Positions 1-32,652 of a stretch of DNA of 64,000 bases are shown piece after piece; position 1 is the stretch's first letter, and every line of letters begins with the position of its first letter. A model generated the notes under the pieces. That model was not told the DNA's origin. It was given only the letters and a program-made list of their open reading frames with translations, and searched no databases. Location: NCBI RefSeq assembly GCF_046119375.1, contig NW_027362767.1, positions 23,002,001 to 23,066,000 on the forward strand. Direction: 5' to 3'. The stretch comes from Phyllobates terribilis. Taxonomy: Eukaryota. A program made the translations under genes and the position numbers.

Positions 1-3000
1 TAATGTAATGTATGTATACAGTGACTGCACCAGCAGAATAGTGAGTGCAGCTCTAGAGTATAATACAGGATGTAACTCAGGATCAGTAATGTAATGTATG
101 TACACAGCGACTGCACCAGCAGAATAGTGAGCGCAGCTCTGGAGTATAATACAGGATGTAACTCAGGATCAGTAATGTAATGTATGTACACAGTGACTGC
201 ACCAGCAGAATAGTGAGTGCAGCTCTGGGGTATAATACAGGATGTAACTCAGGATCAGTAATGTATGTACACAGTGACTGCATCAGCAGAATAGTGAGTG
301 CAGCTCTGGAGTATAATACAGGATGTAACTCAGGATCAGTAATGTAATGTATGTACACAGTGACTGCACCAGCAGAATAGTGAGTGCAGCTCTGGGGTAT
401 AATACAGGATGTAACTCAGGATCAGTAATGTATGTACACAGTGACTGCATCAGCAGAATAGTGAGTGCAGCTCTGGAGTATAATGCAGGATGTAACTCAG
501 AATCAGTAATGTAATGTATGTACACAGTGACTGCACCAGCAGAATAGTGAGTGCAGCTCTAGAGTATAATACAGGATGTAACTCAGGATCAGTAATGTAA
601 TGTATGTACACAGCGACTGCACCAGCAGAATAGTGAGCGCAGCTCTGGAGTATAATACAGGATGTAACTCAGGATCAGTAATGTAATGTATGTACACAGT
701 GACTGCACCAGCAGAATAGTGAGTGCAGCTCTGGGGTATAATACAGGATGTAACTCAGGATCAGTAATGTATGTACACAGTGACTGCATCAGCAGAATAG
801 TGAGTGCAGCTCTGGAGTATAATACAGGATGTAACTCAGGATCAGTAATGTAATGTATGTACACAGTGACTGCACCAGCAGAATAGTGAGTGCAGCTCTG
901 GGGTATAATACAGGATGTAACTCAGGATCAGTAATGTATGTACACAGTGACTGCACCAGCAGAATAGTGAGTGCAGCTCTGGAGTATAATACAGGATATA
1001 ACTCAGGATCAGTAATGTAATGTATGTACACAGTGACTGCACCAGCAGAATAGTGAGTGCAGCTCTGGAGTATAATGCAGGATGTAACTCAGGATCAGTA
1101 ATGTAATGTATGTACACAGTGACTGCACCAGCAGAATAGTGAGTGCAGCTCTGGAGTATAATACAGGATGTAACTCAGGATCAGTAATGTAATGTATGTA
1201 CACAGTGACTGCACCAGCAGAATAGTGAGTGCAGCTCTGGGGTATAATACAGGAGGTAACTCAGGATCAGTAATGTAATGTATGTACACAGTGACTGCAC
1301 CAGCAGAATAGTGAGTGCAGCTCTGGAGTATAATGCAGGATGTAACTTAGGATCAGTAATGTAATGTATGTACACAGTGACTGCACCAGCAGAATAGTGA
1401 GTGCAGCTCTGGAGTATAATACAGGATATAACTCAGGATCAGTAATGTAATGTATGTACACAGTGACTGCACCAGCAGAATAGTGAGCGCAGCTCTGGAG
1501 TATAATACAGGATGTAACTCAGGATCAGTAATGTAATGTATGTACACAGTGACTCCACCAGCAGAATAGTGAGCGCAGCTCTGGAGTATAATATAGGATA
1601 TAACTCAGGATCAGTAATGTAATGTATGTACACAGTGACTGCACCAGCAGAATAGTGAGTGCAGCTCTGGAGTATAATGCAGGATGTAACTCAGGATCAG
1701 TAATGTAATGTATGTACACAGTGACTGCACCAGCAGAATAGTGAGTGCAGCTCTGGAGTATAATACAGGATGTAACTCAGGATCAGTAATGTAATGTATG
1801 TATGCAGTGAATGCACCAGCAGAACAGTGAGTGCAGCTCTGGAATATAATACAGGATGTAACTCAGGATCAGTAATGTAATGTATGTACACAGTGACTGC
1901 ACCAGCAGAATAGTGAGTGCAGCTCTGGAGTATAATACAGGATGTAACTCAGGAGCAGTAATGTAATGTATGTACACAGTGACTGCACCAGCAGAATAGT
2001 GAGTGCAGCTCTGGAGTATAATACAGGATGCAACTCAGGATCAGTAATGTAATGTATGTACACAGTGACTGCACCAGCAGAATAGTGAGTGCAGCTCTGG
2101 GGTATAATACAGGATGTAACTCAGGATCAGTAATGTAATGTATGTACACAGTGACTGCACCAGCAGAATAGTGAGTGCAGCTCTGGAGTATAATACAGGA
2201 TATAACTCAGGATCAGTAATGTAATGTATGTACATAGTGACTGCCCCAGCAGAATAGTGAGTGCAGCTCTGGGGTATAATACAGGGTGTAACTCAGGATC
2301 AGTAATGTAATGTATGTACACAGTGACTGCACCAGCAGAATAGTGAGTGCAGCTCTGGAGTATAATACAGGATGTAACTCAGGATCAGTAATGTAATGTA
2401 TGTACACAGTGACTGCACCAGCAGAATAGTGAGTGCAGCTCTGGAGTATAACACAGGATGTAACTCAGGATCAGTAATGTAATGTATGTACACAGTGACT
2501 GCACCAGCAGAATAGTGAGTGCAGCTCTGGAGTATAATACAGGATGTAACTCAGGATCAGTAATGTAATGTATGTACACAGTGACTGCACCAGCAAAATA
2601 GTGAGTGCAGCTCTGGGGTATAATACATGATGTAACTCAGGATCAGTAATGTAATGTATGTACACAGTGACTGCACCAGCAGAATAGTGAGCGCAGCTCT
2701 GGAGTATAATACAGGATATAACTCAGGATCAGTAATGTAATGTATGTGCACAGTGACTGCACCAGCAGAATAGTGAGTGCAGCTCTGGAGTATAATACAG
2801 GATATAACTCAGGATCAGTAATGTAATGTATGTACACAGTGACTGCACCAGCAGACTAGTGAGTGCAGCTCTGGGGTATAATACAGGATGTAACTCAGGA
2901 TCAGTAATGTAATGTATGTACACAGTGACTGCACCAGCAGAATAGTGAGTGCAGCTCTGGAGTATAATACAGGATATAACTCAGGATCAGTAATGTAATG

Positions 3001-6000
3001 TATGTACACAGTGACTGCACCAGCAGAATAGTGAGTGCAGCTCTGGAGTATAATACAGGATGTAACTCAGGATCAGTAATGTAATGTATGTACACAGTGA
3101 CTGCACCAGCAGAATAGTGAGTGCAGCTCTGGAGTATAATACAGGATGTAACTCAGGATCAGTAATGTAATGTATGTACACAGTGACTGCACCAGCAGAA
3201 TAGTGAGTGCAGCTCTGGAGTATAATACAGGATGTAACTCAGGATCAGTAATGTAATGTATGCACACATTGACTGCACCAGCAGAATAGTGAGTGCAGCT
3301 CTAGAGTATAATACAGGATGTAACTCAGGATCAGTAATGTAATGTATGTACACAGTGACTGCACCAGCAGAATAGTGAGCACAGCTCTGGAGTATAATAC
3401 AGGATGTAACTCAGGATCAGTAATGTAATATATGTACACAGTGACTGTACTAGCAGAATAGTGAGCGCAGCTCTGGAGTATAATACAGGATATAACTCAG
3501 GATCAGTAATGTAATGTATGTACACAGTGACTGCACCAGCAGAATAGTGAGTGCAGTTCTAGAGTATAATACAGGATGTAACTCAGGATCAGTAATGTAA
3601 TGTATGTACACAGTGACTGCACCAGCAGAATAGTGAGTGCAGCTCTGGGGTATAATACAGGAGGTAACTCAGGATCAGTATTGTAATGTATGTACACAGT
3701 GACTGCATCAGCAGAATAGTGAGTGCAGCTCTGGGGTATAATACAGGATGTAACTCAGGATCAGTAATGTAAGTACACAGTGACTGCATCAGCAGAATAG
3801 TGAGTGCAGCTCTGGAGTATAATACAGGATATAACTCAGGATCAGTAATGTAATGTATGTACACAGTGACTGCATCAGCAGAATAGTGAGTGCAGCTCTG
3901 GGGTATAATACAGGAGGTAACTCCGGATCAGTAATGTAATTTAATGTATGTACACAGTGACTGCACCAGCAGAATAGTGAGTGCAGCTCTGGAGTATAAT
4001 GCAGGATGTAACTTAGGATCAGTAATGTAATGTATGTACACAGTGACTGCACCAGCAGAATAGTGAGTGCAGCTCTGGAGTATAATGCAGGATGTAACTT
4101 AGGATCAGTAATGTAATGTATGTACACAGTGACGGCACCAGCAGAATAGTGAGTGCAGCTCTGGAGTATAATACAGGAGGTAACTCAGGATCAGTAATGT
4201 AATGTATGTACACAGTGACTGCACCAGCAGAATAGTGAGTGCAGCTCTGGAGTATAATACAGGATATAACTCAGGATCAGTAATGTAATGTATGTACACA
4301 GTGACTGCACCAGCAGAATAGTGAGTGCAGCTCTGGAGTATAATACAGGAGGTAACTCAGGATCAGTAATGTATGTACACAGTGACTCCACCAGCAGAAT
4401 GGTGAGTGCAGCTCTGGAGTATAATACAGGATGTAACTCAGAATCAGTAATGTAATGTATGTACACAGTGACTGCACCAGCAGAATAGTGAGTGCAGCTC
4501 TGGAGTATAATACAGGATATAACTCAGGATCAGTAATGTAATGTATGTACACAGTGACTGCACCAGCAGAATAGTGAGTGCAGCTCTGGGGTATAATACA
4601 GGAGGTAACTCAGGATCAGTAATGTAATGTATGTACACAATGACTGCACCAGCAGAATAGTGAGTTCAGCTCTGGAGTATAATGCAGGATGTAACTCAGG
4701 ATCAGTAATGTAATGTATGTACACAGTGACTGCACCAGCAGAATAGTGAGTGCAGCTCTGGAGTATAATACAGGATATAACTCAGGATCAGTAATGTAAT
4801 GCATGTACACAGTGACTGCACCAGCAGAATAGTGAGGGCAGCTCTGGAGTATAATACAGGATGTAACTCAGGATCAGTAATGTAATGAATGTACACAGTG
4901 ACTGCACCAGCAGAATAGTGAGTGCAGCTCTGGAGTATAATATAGGATATAACTCAGGATCAGTAATGTAATGTATGTACACAGTGACTGCACCAGCAGA
5001 ATAGTGAGTGCAGCTCTGGGGTATAATACAGGAGGTAACTCAGGATCAGTAATGTAATGTAATGTATGTACACAGTGACTGCACCAGCAGAATAGTGAGT
5101 GCAGCTCTGGAGTATAATGCAGGATGTAACTCAGGATCAGTAATGTAATGTATGTACACAGTGACTGCACCAGCAGAATAGTGAGCGCAGCTCTGGAGTA
5201 TAATACAGGATGTAACTCAGGATCAGTAATGTAATGAATGTACACAGTGACTGCACCAGCAGAATAGTGAGTGCAGCTCTGGAGTATAATACAGGATGTA
5301 ACTCAGGATCAGTAATGTATGTACACAGTGACTGCACCAGCAGAATAGTGAGCGCAGCTCTGGAGTATAATACAGGATGTAACTCAGGATCAGTAATGTA
5401 ATGTATGTACACAGTGACTGCACCAGCAGAATAGTGAGTGCAGCTCTGGGGTATAATACAGGAGGTAACTCAGGATCAGTAATGTATGTACACAGTGACT
5501 GCACCAGCAGAATAGTGAGTGCAGCTCTGGAGTATAATACAGGATATAACTCAGGATCAGTAATGTAATGTATGTACACAGTGACTGCACCAGCAGAATA
5601 GTGAGTGCAGCTCTGGAGTGTAATACAGGATATAACTCAGGATCAGTAATGTAATGTATGTACACAGTGACTGCACCAGCAGAATAGTGAGTGCAGCTCT
5701 GGAGTATAATACAGGATATAACTCAGGATCAGTAATGTAATGTATGTACATAGTGACTGCCCCAGCAGAATAGTGAGTGCAGCTCTGGAGTATAATACAG
5801 GGTGTAACTCAGGATCAATAATGTAATGTATGTACACAGTGACTGCACCAGCAGAATAGTGAGTGCAGCTCTGGAGTATAATACAGGATGTAACTCAGGA
5901 TCAGTAAAGTAATGTATGTACACAGTGACTGCACCAGCAGAATAGTGAGTGAAGCTCTGGAGTATAATACAGGATGTAACTCAGGATCAGTAATGTAATA

Positions 6001-9000
6001 TATGTACACAGTGACTGCACCAGCAGAATAGTGAGTGCAGCTCTGGAGTATAATACAGGATGTAACTCAGAATCAGTAATGTAATGTATGTACACAGTGA
6101 CTGCACCAGCAGAATAGTGAGTGCAGCTCTGGAGTATAATACAGGATATAACTCAGGATCAGTAATGTAATGTATGTACACAGTGACTGCACCAGCAGAA
6201 TAGTGAGTGCAGCTCTGGGGTATAATACAGGAGGTAACTCAGGATCAGTAATATAATGTATGTACACAATGACTGCACCAGCAGAATAGTGAGTGCAGCT
6301 CTGGAGTATAATGCAGGATGTAACTCAGGATCAGTAATGTAATGTATGTACACAATGACTGCACCAGCAGAATAGTGAGTGCAGCTCTGGAGTATAATGC
6401 AGGATGTAACTCAGGATCAGTAATGTATGTACACAGTGACTCCACCAGCAGAATAGTGAGTGCAGCTCTGGAGTATAATACAGGATGTAACTCAGAATCA
6501 GTAATGTAATATATGTACACAGTGACTGCACCAGCAGAATAGTGAGTGCAGCTCTGGAGTATAATACAGGATATAACTCAGGATCAGTAATGTAATGTAT
6601 GTACACAGTGACTGCACCAGCAGAATAGTGAGTGCAGCTCTGGGGTATAATACAGGAGGTAACTCAGGATCAGTAATGTAATGTATGTACACAATGACTG
6701 CACCAGCAGAATAGTGAGTGCAGCTCTGGAGTATAATGCAGGATGTAACTCAGGATCAGTAATGTAATGTATGTACACAGTGACTGCACCAGCAGAATAG
6801 TGAGTGCAGCTCTGGAGTATAATACAGGATATAACTCAGGATCAGTAATGTAATGCATGTACACAGTGACTGCACCAGCAGAATAGTGAGGGCAGCTCTG
6901 GAGTATAATACAGGATGTAACTCAGGATCAGTAATGTAATGAATGTACACAGTGACTGCACCAGCAGAATAGTGAGTGCAGCTCTGGAGTATAATATAGG
7001 ATATAACTCAGGATCAGTAATGTAATGTATGTACACAGTGACTGCACCAGCAGAATAGTGAGTGCAGCTCTGGGGTATAATACAGGAGGTAACTCAGGAT
7101 CAGTAATGTAATGTAATGTATGTACACAGTGACTGCACCAGCAGAATAGTGAGTGCAGCTCTGGAGTATAATGCAGGATGTAACTCAGGATCAGTAATGT
7201 AATGTATGTACACAGTGACTGCACCAGCAGAATAGTGAGCGCAGCTCTGGAGTATAATACAGGATGTAACTCAGGATCAGTAATGTAATGAATGTACACA
7301 GTGACTGCACCAGCAGAATAGTGAGTGCAGCTCTGGAGTATAGTACAGGATGTAACTCAGGATCAGTAATGTAATGTATGTACACAGTGACTGCACCAGC
7401 AGAATAGTGAGTGCAGCTCTGGGGTATAATACAGGAGGTAACTCAGGATCAGTAATGTAATGTAATGTATGTACACAGTGACTGCACCAGCAGAATAGTG
7501 AGTGCAGCTCTGGAGTATAATGCAGGATGTAACTCAGGATCAGTAATGTAATGTATGTACACAGTGACTGCACCAGCAGAATAGTGAGCGCAGCTCTGGA
7601 GTATAATACAGGATGTAACTCAGGATCAGTAATGTAATGAATGTACACAGTGACTGCACCAGCAGAATAGTGAGTGCAGCTCTGGAGTATAGTACAGGAT
7701 GTAACTCAGGATCAATAATGTAATGTATGTACACAGTGACTGCACCAGCAGAATAGTGAGCGCAGCTCTGGAGTATAATACAGGATGTAACTCAGGATCA
7801 GTAATGTAATGAATGTACCCAGTGACTGCACCAGCAGAATAGTGAGTGCAGCTCTGGAGTATAATACAGGATGTAACTCAGGATCAGTAATGTAATGTAT
7901 GTACACAGTGACTGCACCAGCAGAATAGTGAGCGCAGCTCTGGAGTATAATACAGGATGTAACTCAGGATCAGTAATGTAATGTATGTACACAGTGACTG
8001 CACCAGCAGAATAGTGAGTGCAGCTCTGGGGTATAATACAGGAGGTAACTCAGGATCAGTAATGTATGTACACAGTGACTGCACCAGCAGAATAGTGAGT
8101 GCAGCTCTGGAGTATAATACAGGATATAACTCAGGATCAGTAATGTAATGTATGTACACAGTGACTGCACCAGCAGAATAGTGAGTGCAGCTCTGGAGTA
8201 TAATACAGGATATAACTCAGGATCAGTAATGTAATGTATGTACACAGTGACTGCACCAGCAGAATAGTGAGTGCAGCTCTGGAGTATAATACAGGATATA
8301 ACTCAGGATCAGTAATGTAATGTATGTACATAGTGACTGCCCCAGCAGAATAGTGAGTGCAGCTCTGGAGTATAATACAGGGTGTAACTCAGGATCAATA
8401 ATGTAATGTATGTACACAGTGACTGCACCAGCAGAATAGTGAGTGCAGCTCTGGAGTATAATACAGGATGTAACTCAGGATCAGTAATGTAATGTATGTA
8501 CACAGTGACTGCACCAGCAGAATAGTGAGTGAAGCTCTGGAGTATAATACAGGATGTAACTCAGGATCAGTAATGTAATGTATGTACACAGTGACTGCAC
8601 CAGCAGAATAGTGAGTGCAGCTCTGGGGTATAATACAGGAGGTAAATCAGGATCAGTAATGTAATGTATGTACACAGTGACTGCACCAGCAGAATAGTGA
8701 GTGCAGCTCTGGAGTATAATACAGGATGTAAATCAGGATCAGTAATGTAATGTATGTACACAGTGACTGCACCAGCAGAATAGTGAGTGCAGCTCTGGAG
8801 TATAATACAGGATGTAACTCAGGATCAGTAATGTATGTACACAGTGACTGCACCAGCAGAATAGTGAGTGCAGCTCTGGGGTATAATACAGGAGGTAACT
8901 CAGGATCAGTAATGTAATGTATGTACACAGTGACGGCACCAGCAGAATAGTGAGTGCAGCTCTGGAGTATAATACAGGAAGTAATTCAGGATCAGTAATG

Positions 9001-12000
9001 TAATGTATGTACACAGTGACTGCACCAGCAGAATAGTTAGTGCAGCTCTGGAGTATAATACAGGATGTAACTCAGGATCAGTAATGTAATGTATGTGCAC
9101 AGTGACTCCACCAGCAGAATAGTGAGTGCAGCTCTAGAGTATAATACAGGATGTAACTCAGGATCAGTAATGTAATGTATGTACACAGTGACTGCACCAG
9201 CAGAATAGTGAGCGCAGCTCTGGAGTATAATACAGGATGTAACTCAGGATCAGTAATGTAATGTATGTACACAGTGACTGCACCAGCAGAATAGTGAGTG
9301 CAGCTCTGGAGTATAATACAGGATGTAACTCAGGATCAGTAATGTAATATATGTACACAGTGACTGTACCAGCAGAATAGTGAGTGCAGCTCTGGAGTAT
9401 AATACAGGATATAACTCAGGATCAGTAATGTAATGTATGTACACAGTGACTGCACCAGCAGAATAGTGAGTGCAGCTCTGGAGTATAATACAGGATGTAA
9501 CTCAGGATCAATAATGTAATGTATGTACACAGTGACTGCACCAGCAGAATAGTGAGTGAAGCTCTGGAGTATAATACAGGATGTAACTCAGGATCAGTAA
9601 TGTAATGTATGTACACAGTGACTGCACCAGCAGAATAGTGAGTGCAGCTCTGGAGTATAATACAGGATGTAACTCAGGATCAGTAATGTAATGTATGTAC
9701 ACAGTGACTGCACCAGCAGAATAGTGAGCGCAGCTCTGGAGTATAATACAGGATATAACTCAGGATCAGTAATGTAATGTATGTGCACAGTGACTGCACC
9801 AGCAGAATAGTGAGTGCAGCTCTGGAGTATAATACAGGATATAACTCAGGATCAGTAATGTAATGTATGTACACAGTGACTGCACCAGCAGAATAGTGAG
9901 TGCAGCTCTGGAGTATAATACAGGATGTAACTCAGGATCAGTAATGTAATGTATGCACACAGTGACTGCACCAGCAGAATAGTGAGTGCAGCTCTGGAGT
10001 ATAATACAGGATGTAACTCAGGATCAGTAATGTAATGTATGTACACAGTGACTGCACCAGCAGAATAGTGAGCGCAGCTCTGGAGTATAATACAGGATGT
10101 AACTCAGGATCAGTAATGTAATATATGTACACAGTGACTGTACCAGCAGAATAGTGAGTGCAGCTCTGGAGTATAATACAGGATATAACTCAGGATCAGT
10201 AATGTAATGTATGTACACAGTGACTGCACCAGCAGAATAGTGAGTGCAGCTCTAGAGTATAATACAGGATGTAACTCAGGATCAGTAATGTAATGTATGT
10301 ACACAGCGACTGCACCAGCAGAATAGTGAGCGCAGCTCTGGAGTATAATACAGGATGTAACTCAGGATCAGTAATGTAATGTATGTACACAGTGACTGCA
10401 CCAGCAGAATAGTGAGTGCAGCTCTGGAGTATAATGCAGGATGTAACTCAGGATCAGTATTGTAATGTATGTACACAGTGACTGCACCAGCAGAATAGTG
10501 AGTGCAGCTCTGGAGTATAATACAGGATATAACTCAGGATTAGTAATGTAATGTATGTACACAGTGACTGCACCAGCAGAATAGTGAGTGCAGCTCTGGG
10601 GTATAATACAGGATGTAACTCAGGATCAGTAATGTATGTACACAGTGACTGCATCAGCAGAATAGTGAGTGCAGCTCTGGAGTATAATACAGGATATAAC
10701 TCAGGATTAGTAATGTAATGTATGTACACAGTGACTGCACCAGCAGAATAGTGAGTGCAGCTCTGGGGTATAATACAGGAGGTAACTCAGGATCAGTAAT
10801 GTATGTACACAGTGACTGCATCAGCAGAATAGTGAGTGCAGCTCTGGAGTATAATACAGGATATATCTCAGGATCAGTAATGTAATGTATGTACACAGTG
10901 ACTGCACCAGCAGAATAGTGAGTGCAGCTCTGGAGTATAATGCAGGATGTAACTCAGGATCAGTATTGTAATGTATGTACACAGTGACTGCACCAGCAGA
11001 ATAGTGAGTGCAGCTCTGGAGTATAATACAGGATATAACTCAGGATTAGTAATGTAATGTATGTACACAGTGACTGCACCAGCAGAATAGTGAGTGCAGC
11101 TCTGGGGTATAATACAGGAGGTAACTCAGGATCAGTAATGTAATGTATGTACACAGTGACGGCACCAGCAGAATAGTGAGTGCAGCTCTGGAGTATAATA
11201 CAGGATGTAACTCAGGATCAGTAATGTAATGTATGTACACAGTGACTGCACCAGCAGAATAGTGAGTGCAGCTCTGGAGTGTAATACAGGATGTAACTCA
11301 GGATCAGTAATGTAATGTATATACACAGTGACTCCACCAGCAGAATAATGAGTGCAGCTCTGGAGCATAATACAGGATGTAACTCAGGATCAGTAATGTA
11401 ATGTATGTACACAGCGACTGCACCAGCAGAATAGTGAGTGCAGCTCTGGAGTATAATACAGGATGTAACTCGGGATCAGTAATGTAATGTATGTACACAG
11501 TGACTGCACCAGCAGAATAGTGAGTGCAGCTCTGGAGTGTAATACAGGATGTAACTCAGGATCAGTAATGTAATGTATGTACACCGTGACTGCACCAGCA
11601 GAATAGTGAGTGCAGCTCTGGAGTATAATACAGGATGTAACTCAGGATCAGTAATGTAATGTACACAGTGACTGCACCAGCAGAATAGTGAGTGCAGCTC
11701 TGGAGTATAATACAGGTTGTAACTCAGGATCAGTAATGTAATGTATATATACAGTGACTCCACCAGCAGAATAGTGAGTGCAGCTCTGGAGTATAATACA
11801 GGATGTAACTCAGGATCAGTAATGTAATGTATGTACACAGTGACTGCACCAGCAGAATAGTGAGTGCAGCTCTGGAGTATAATACAGGATGTAACTCAGG
11901 ATCAGTAATGTATGTACACAGTGACTGCACCAGCAGAATAGTGAGTGCAGCTCTGGAGGATAATACAGGAGGTAACTCAGGATCAGTAATGTAATGTATG

Positions 12001-12497
12001 TACACAGTGACTCCACCAGCAGAATAGTGACTGCAGCTCTGGAGTATAATACAGGATGTAACTCAGGATCAGTAATGTATGTACACAGTGATGGCACCAG
12101 CAGAATAGTGAGTGCAGCTCTGGAGTATAATACAGGATGTAACTCGGGATCAGTAATGTAATGTATGCACACTGTGACTGCACCAGCAGAATAGTGAGTG
12201 CAGCTCTGGAGTATAATACAGGATGTAACTCAGGATCAGTAATGTAATGTATGTACACAGTGACTGCACCAGCAGAATAGTGAGTGCAGCTCTGGAGTAT
12301 AATACAGCATGTAACTCAGGATCAGTAATGTAATATATGTACACAGTGACAGCACCAGCAGAATAGTGAGTGCAGCTCTGGAGTGTAATACAGGATGTAA
12401 CTCAGGATCAGTAATGTGATGTATATACACAGTGACTGCACCAGCAGAATAGTGAGTGCAGCTCTGGGGTATAATACAGGAAGTAACTCAGGATCAG
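1..12497 (-). repeat. 86-bp tandem satellite array (about 145 units, runs off the left edge)
   Basis: Unit on the minus strand is TACATACATTACATTACTGATCCTGAGTTACATCCTGTATTATACTCCAGAGCTGCACTCACTATTCTGCTGGTGCAGTCACTGTG. The 86-bp period is visible in the ORF spacing. 81-bp (one ACATT lost) and 91-bp variants are interspersed. Confidence 0.99.
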
Positions 12498-12805
12498 CAC
12501 ACAATATTTTCTGTAGATTTTACTATGAGTAACTTATATGGTCACATGTAAACATAGGCTTTAACAGCAAAGCTGGCTGACAAAAGGAGTTGCCATGAAT
12601 AAAATCCAATAGATTTTTAGGTTATTGGCTGAAGTAAAGGCCCATGAACACATGAACACGGCGGTGCCTCTTTAATAAGTCATCTGTGACTTGAGCTGAT
12701 GGAGATTCAGTTACCTGACAAAGCGGCAACTTCACCAGGTCACAACACAGAAGAGGAAAAGCCCCAGGATGACAGGCAAATACCTCAATAGGAGAATCCC
12801 TTTAA

Positions 12806-13688
12806 GGCCACGGCCCCACTATCAGTATTTGGTCAGTATTTTTCTCAGGGGTGGGAGATAAATGCAGAATTGGTGACTTGTTTCTATTAGGCTGTGTGCC
12901 CACGTAGCGTTTTTCAAGCGTATATGCTGCGGAATTTCCGCAGCGTAAACGCTTGAAAAACGCATGTATATCCGCACCCCATGGTCCCCAATGGCATTCC
13001 GCAATGTCAATGCCCATGCTGCGGATTTTTCCGCAGCGTATATGCTGCGGTCCAAAATCCGCAGCATGTTCATTAATTTTGCGGAAGCGCAGCGGAATCA
13101 ATGTGCGGATGGTACCGAAGTCTGGATGAGAGGAGACTCTCATCCAGACCTGGGTACCAAAGAACCTGTAAAAAAAAGAATAAAATAAAGTTTATACTTA
13201 TCTTCTGATGTTTTCCCTCCGTCGCGCTGTTGTCTGAAGGACCTGCCACGTCATTGAGTCATGTGACCCACCACATGACTCAATGACGTCACCGCAGGTC
13301 CTGCACACAGCAGCGTGAGCCGCTCAAGCCTCCGGACGGGGCAGAGAATGCATCAGAAGGTGAGTATAAAGTTTATTTTTTTTATTTTTTACCATTCTGA
13401 ACAAGTTGTCAAGCACTTTTCCAAGTGATGCTTGGAGAAGTGCTTGATAACCCGCATGCGGAAATGCATGCAAAGACGCCTCACAAACGCTTCTACCTGG
13501 CGGGAAAACCGCATGTAATATCCGCATGCGATTTTCCCGCCAGGGAGAAGCGTAAAAAATATGCTTCAGGTCCGCAACGTGGGCACATAGCCTTATACCT
13601 TTTTTCTGATTGTTCCTCACCTGGTTTTGGCTCCTGAGAAAAAATACTGACCGAATACTGATCCAATACTGATAGTGGGGCCGGGGCC
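12806..13688. mobile_element. PIF/Harbinger (Tourist-like) MITE, family A, interrupted by a nested MITE
   Basis: TIRs GGCCACGGCCCCACTATCAGTATT / AATACTGATAGTGGGGCCGGGGCC. TAA target duplication at 12803-12805 and 13689-13691. Same family as the copies at 22488 and 35136. Confidence 0.88.
12890..13592. mobile_element. Harbinger-type MITE, family B, nested in the family A copy
   Basis: TIRs GGCTGTGTGCCCACGT / ACGTGGGCACATAGCC with TTA on both sides. The empty site TTGTTTCTA-TTA-TACCTTTT is present in the family A copy at about 22591-22610. Confidence 0.9.
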
Positions 13689-13800
13689 TAAGGAAGAGCC
13701 AGTTGTTTGCATGTACTGGGACAGCCCAGGCCTTTGACTTGACCGTTACTATAAGTACCTTATAGGGTTAACTCGTGATGGGCTTGACAAAACAAAATAA

Positions 13801-14195
13801 GGCTATGTTCACACAAACCTGCAGCAAAACTGATCTCTGGCAGGAAATCGGCTGCTTCCAAACCACAGATTTTGCAGCGTTTTTTTCACTGTCCTTCTGT
13901 CTCTATTTATTCATGTACATAAAGTTCTGTGAAAAAAAGAACCCCATTCTATTTCGCCATCAAAAATGCTGATGCAAATTTTGCTGTTTTTTTTTTATCT
14001 CCACCCATTACTTCCTATGGGTGAAAGAAGTGATGCTCTATTTTCCAAAAACCCAACAACAAAAAAATACAAGATGTGCGAACAGAGAATTCTGGTTTCT
14101 CATAGACTTTGCTGGTACCGCAAAACGCAGCTGAAAATTTACATAAAAATCTGCAGCAAAAACCGCTGAAAAACACAACATGTGTGAACATAGCC
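13801..14195. mobile_element. MITE, family C (Harbinger-like ends)
   Basis: Perfect TIRs GGCTATGTTCACACA / TGTGTGAACATAGCC flanked by TAA and TTA. No coding capacity. Confidence 0.8.
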
Positions 14196-14560
14196 TTAGA
14201 CTCCCAGTCAGTGACAGCACATGGATTCCTACAAGCCCAAAGTAAATATTCGGGACAAAAATCTGCTGAGTCTGAATACAGACTTACCAATAATGTCACA
14301 AAGTGCCTGCCACATTGTGAAAGTATTGCAGTGGTCATTACACACGGAGAGGTCACTCATACCGCAGTGCACCTATCCCTGAATAAAATACATCTAAAAT
14401 CTAGAGTCCTGAAGTCTGGGAGAAATGGTGCAATGTGGTATAAAAGTGAGAGCACTTTTCCAGTGCAGATATTTGGGGCCAGGGTCTGTGTGTGGACATG
14501 CTCCTGGTTACTAGAGAAGTTGTACTGACCCTCCCTGGTGAGCACACAGGCCCAGGATGT

Positions 14561-14610
14561 GGGCGGAGCTGGCAGGAGCTGGGTGATTGATAGGCGGTTG
14601 CTATGGAGAT
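14561..14610 (+). promoter_or_regulatory. Proximal promoter of CCDC197-like: GC box plus RFX X-box
   Basis: GGGCGG at 14561-14566. GTTGCTATGGAGAT at 14597-14610 contains the RFX half-site GTTGCYATGG, about 100 bp upstream of the ATG. Confidence 0.55.
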
Positions 14611-14705
14611 GGAACGCTGACCCAGATCCTGGATTCCGCAGCAGGATACAATGTAACTTGTGATCTTCCTGCAACTTGTCGCCTTGTTTTCACCCAAACC
14701 TCACA

Positions 14706-32652
<17,947 letters not shown>

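Noticed and set aside
1-12497. CRISPR-like repeat-spacer array
   Set aside because: Units are contiguous with no unique spacers, there are no cas genes, and the context is a eukaryotic intron-containing locus.
12500-12800. Possible first exon of ASB2 on the minus strand, expected from human synteny
   Set aside because: Donor-like hexamers exist, but no recognisable ASB2 coding sequence is present, so it cannot be supported.
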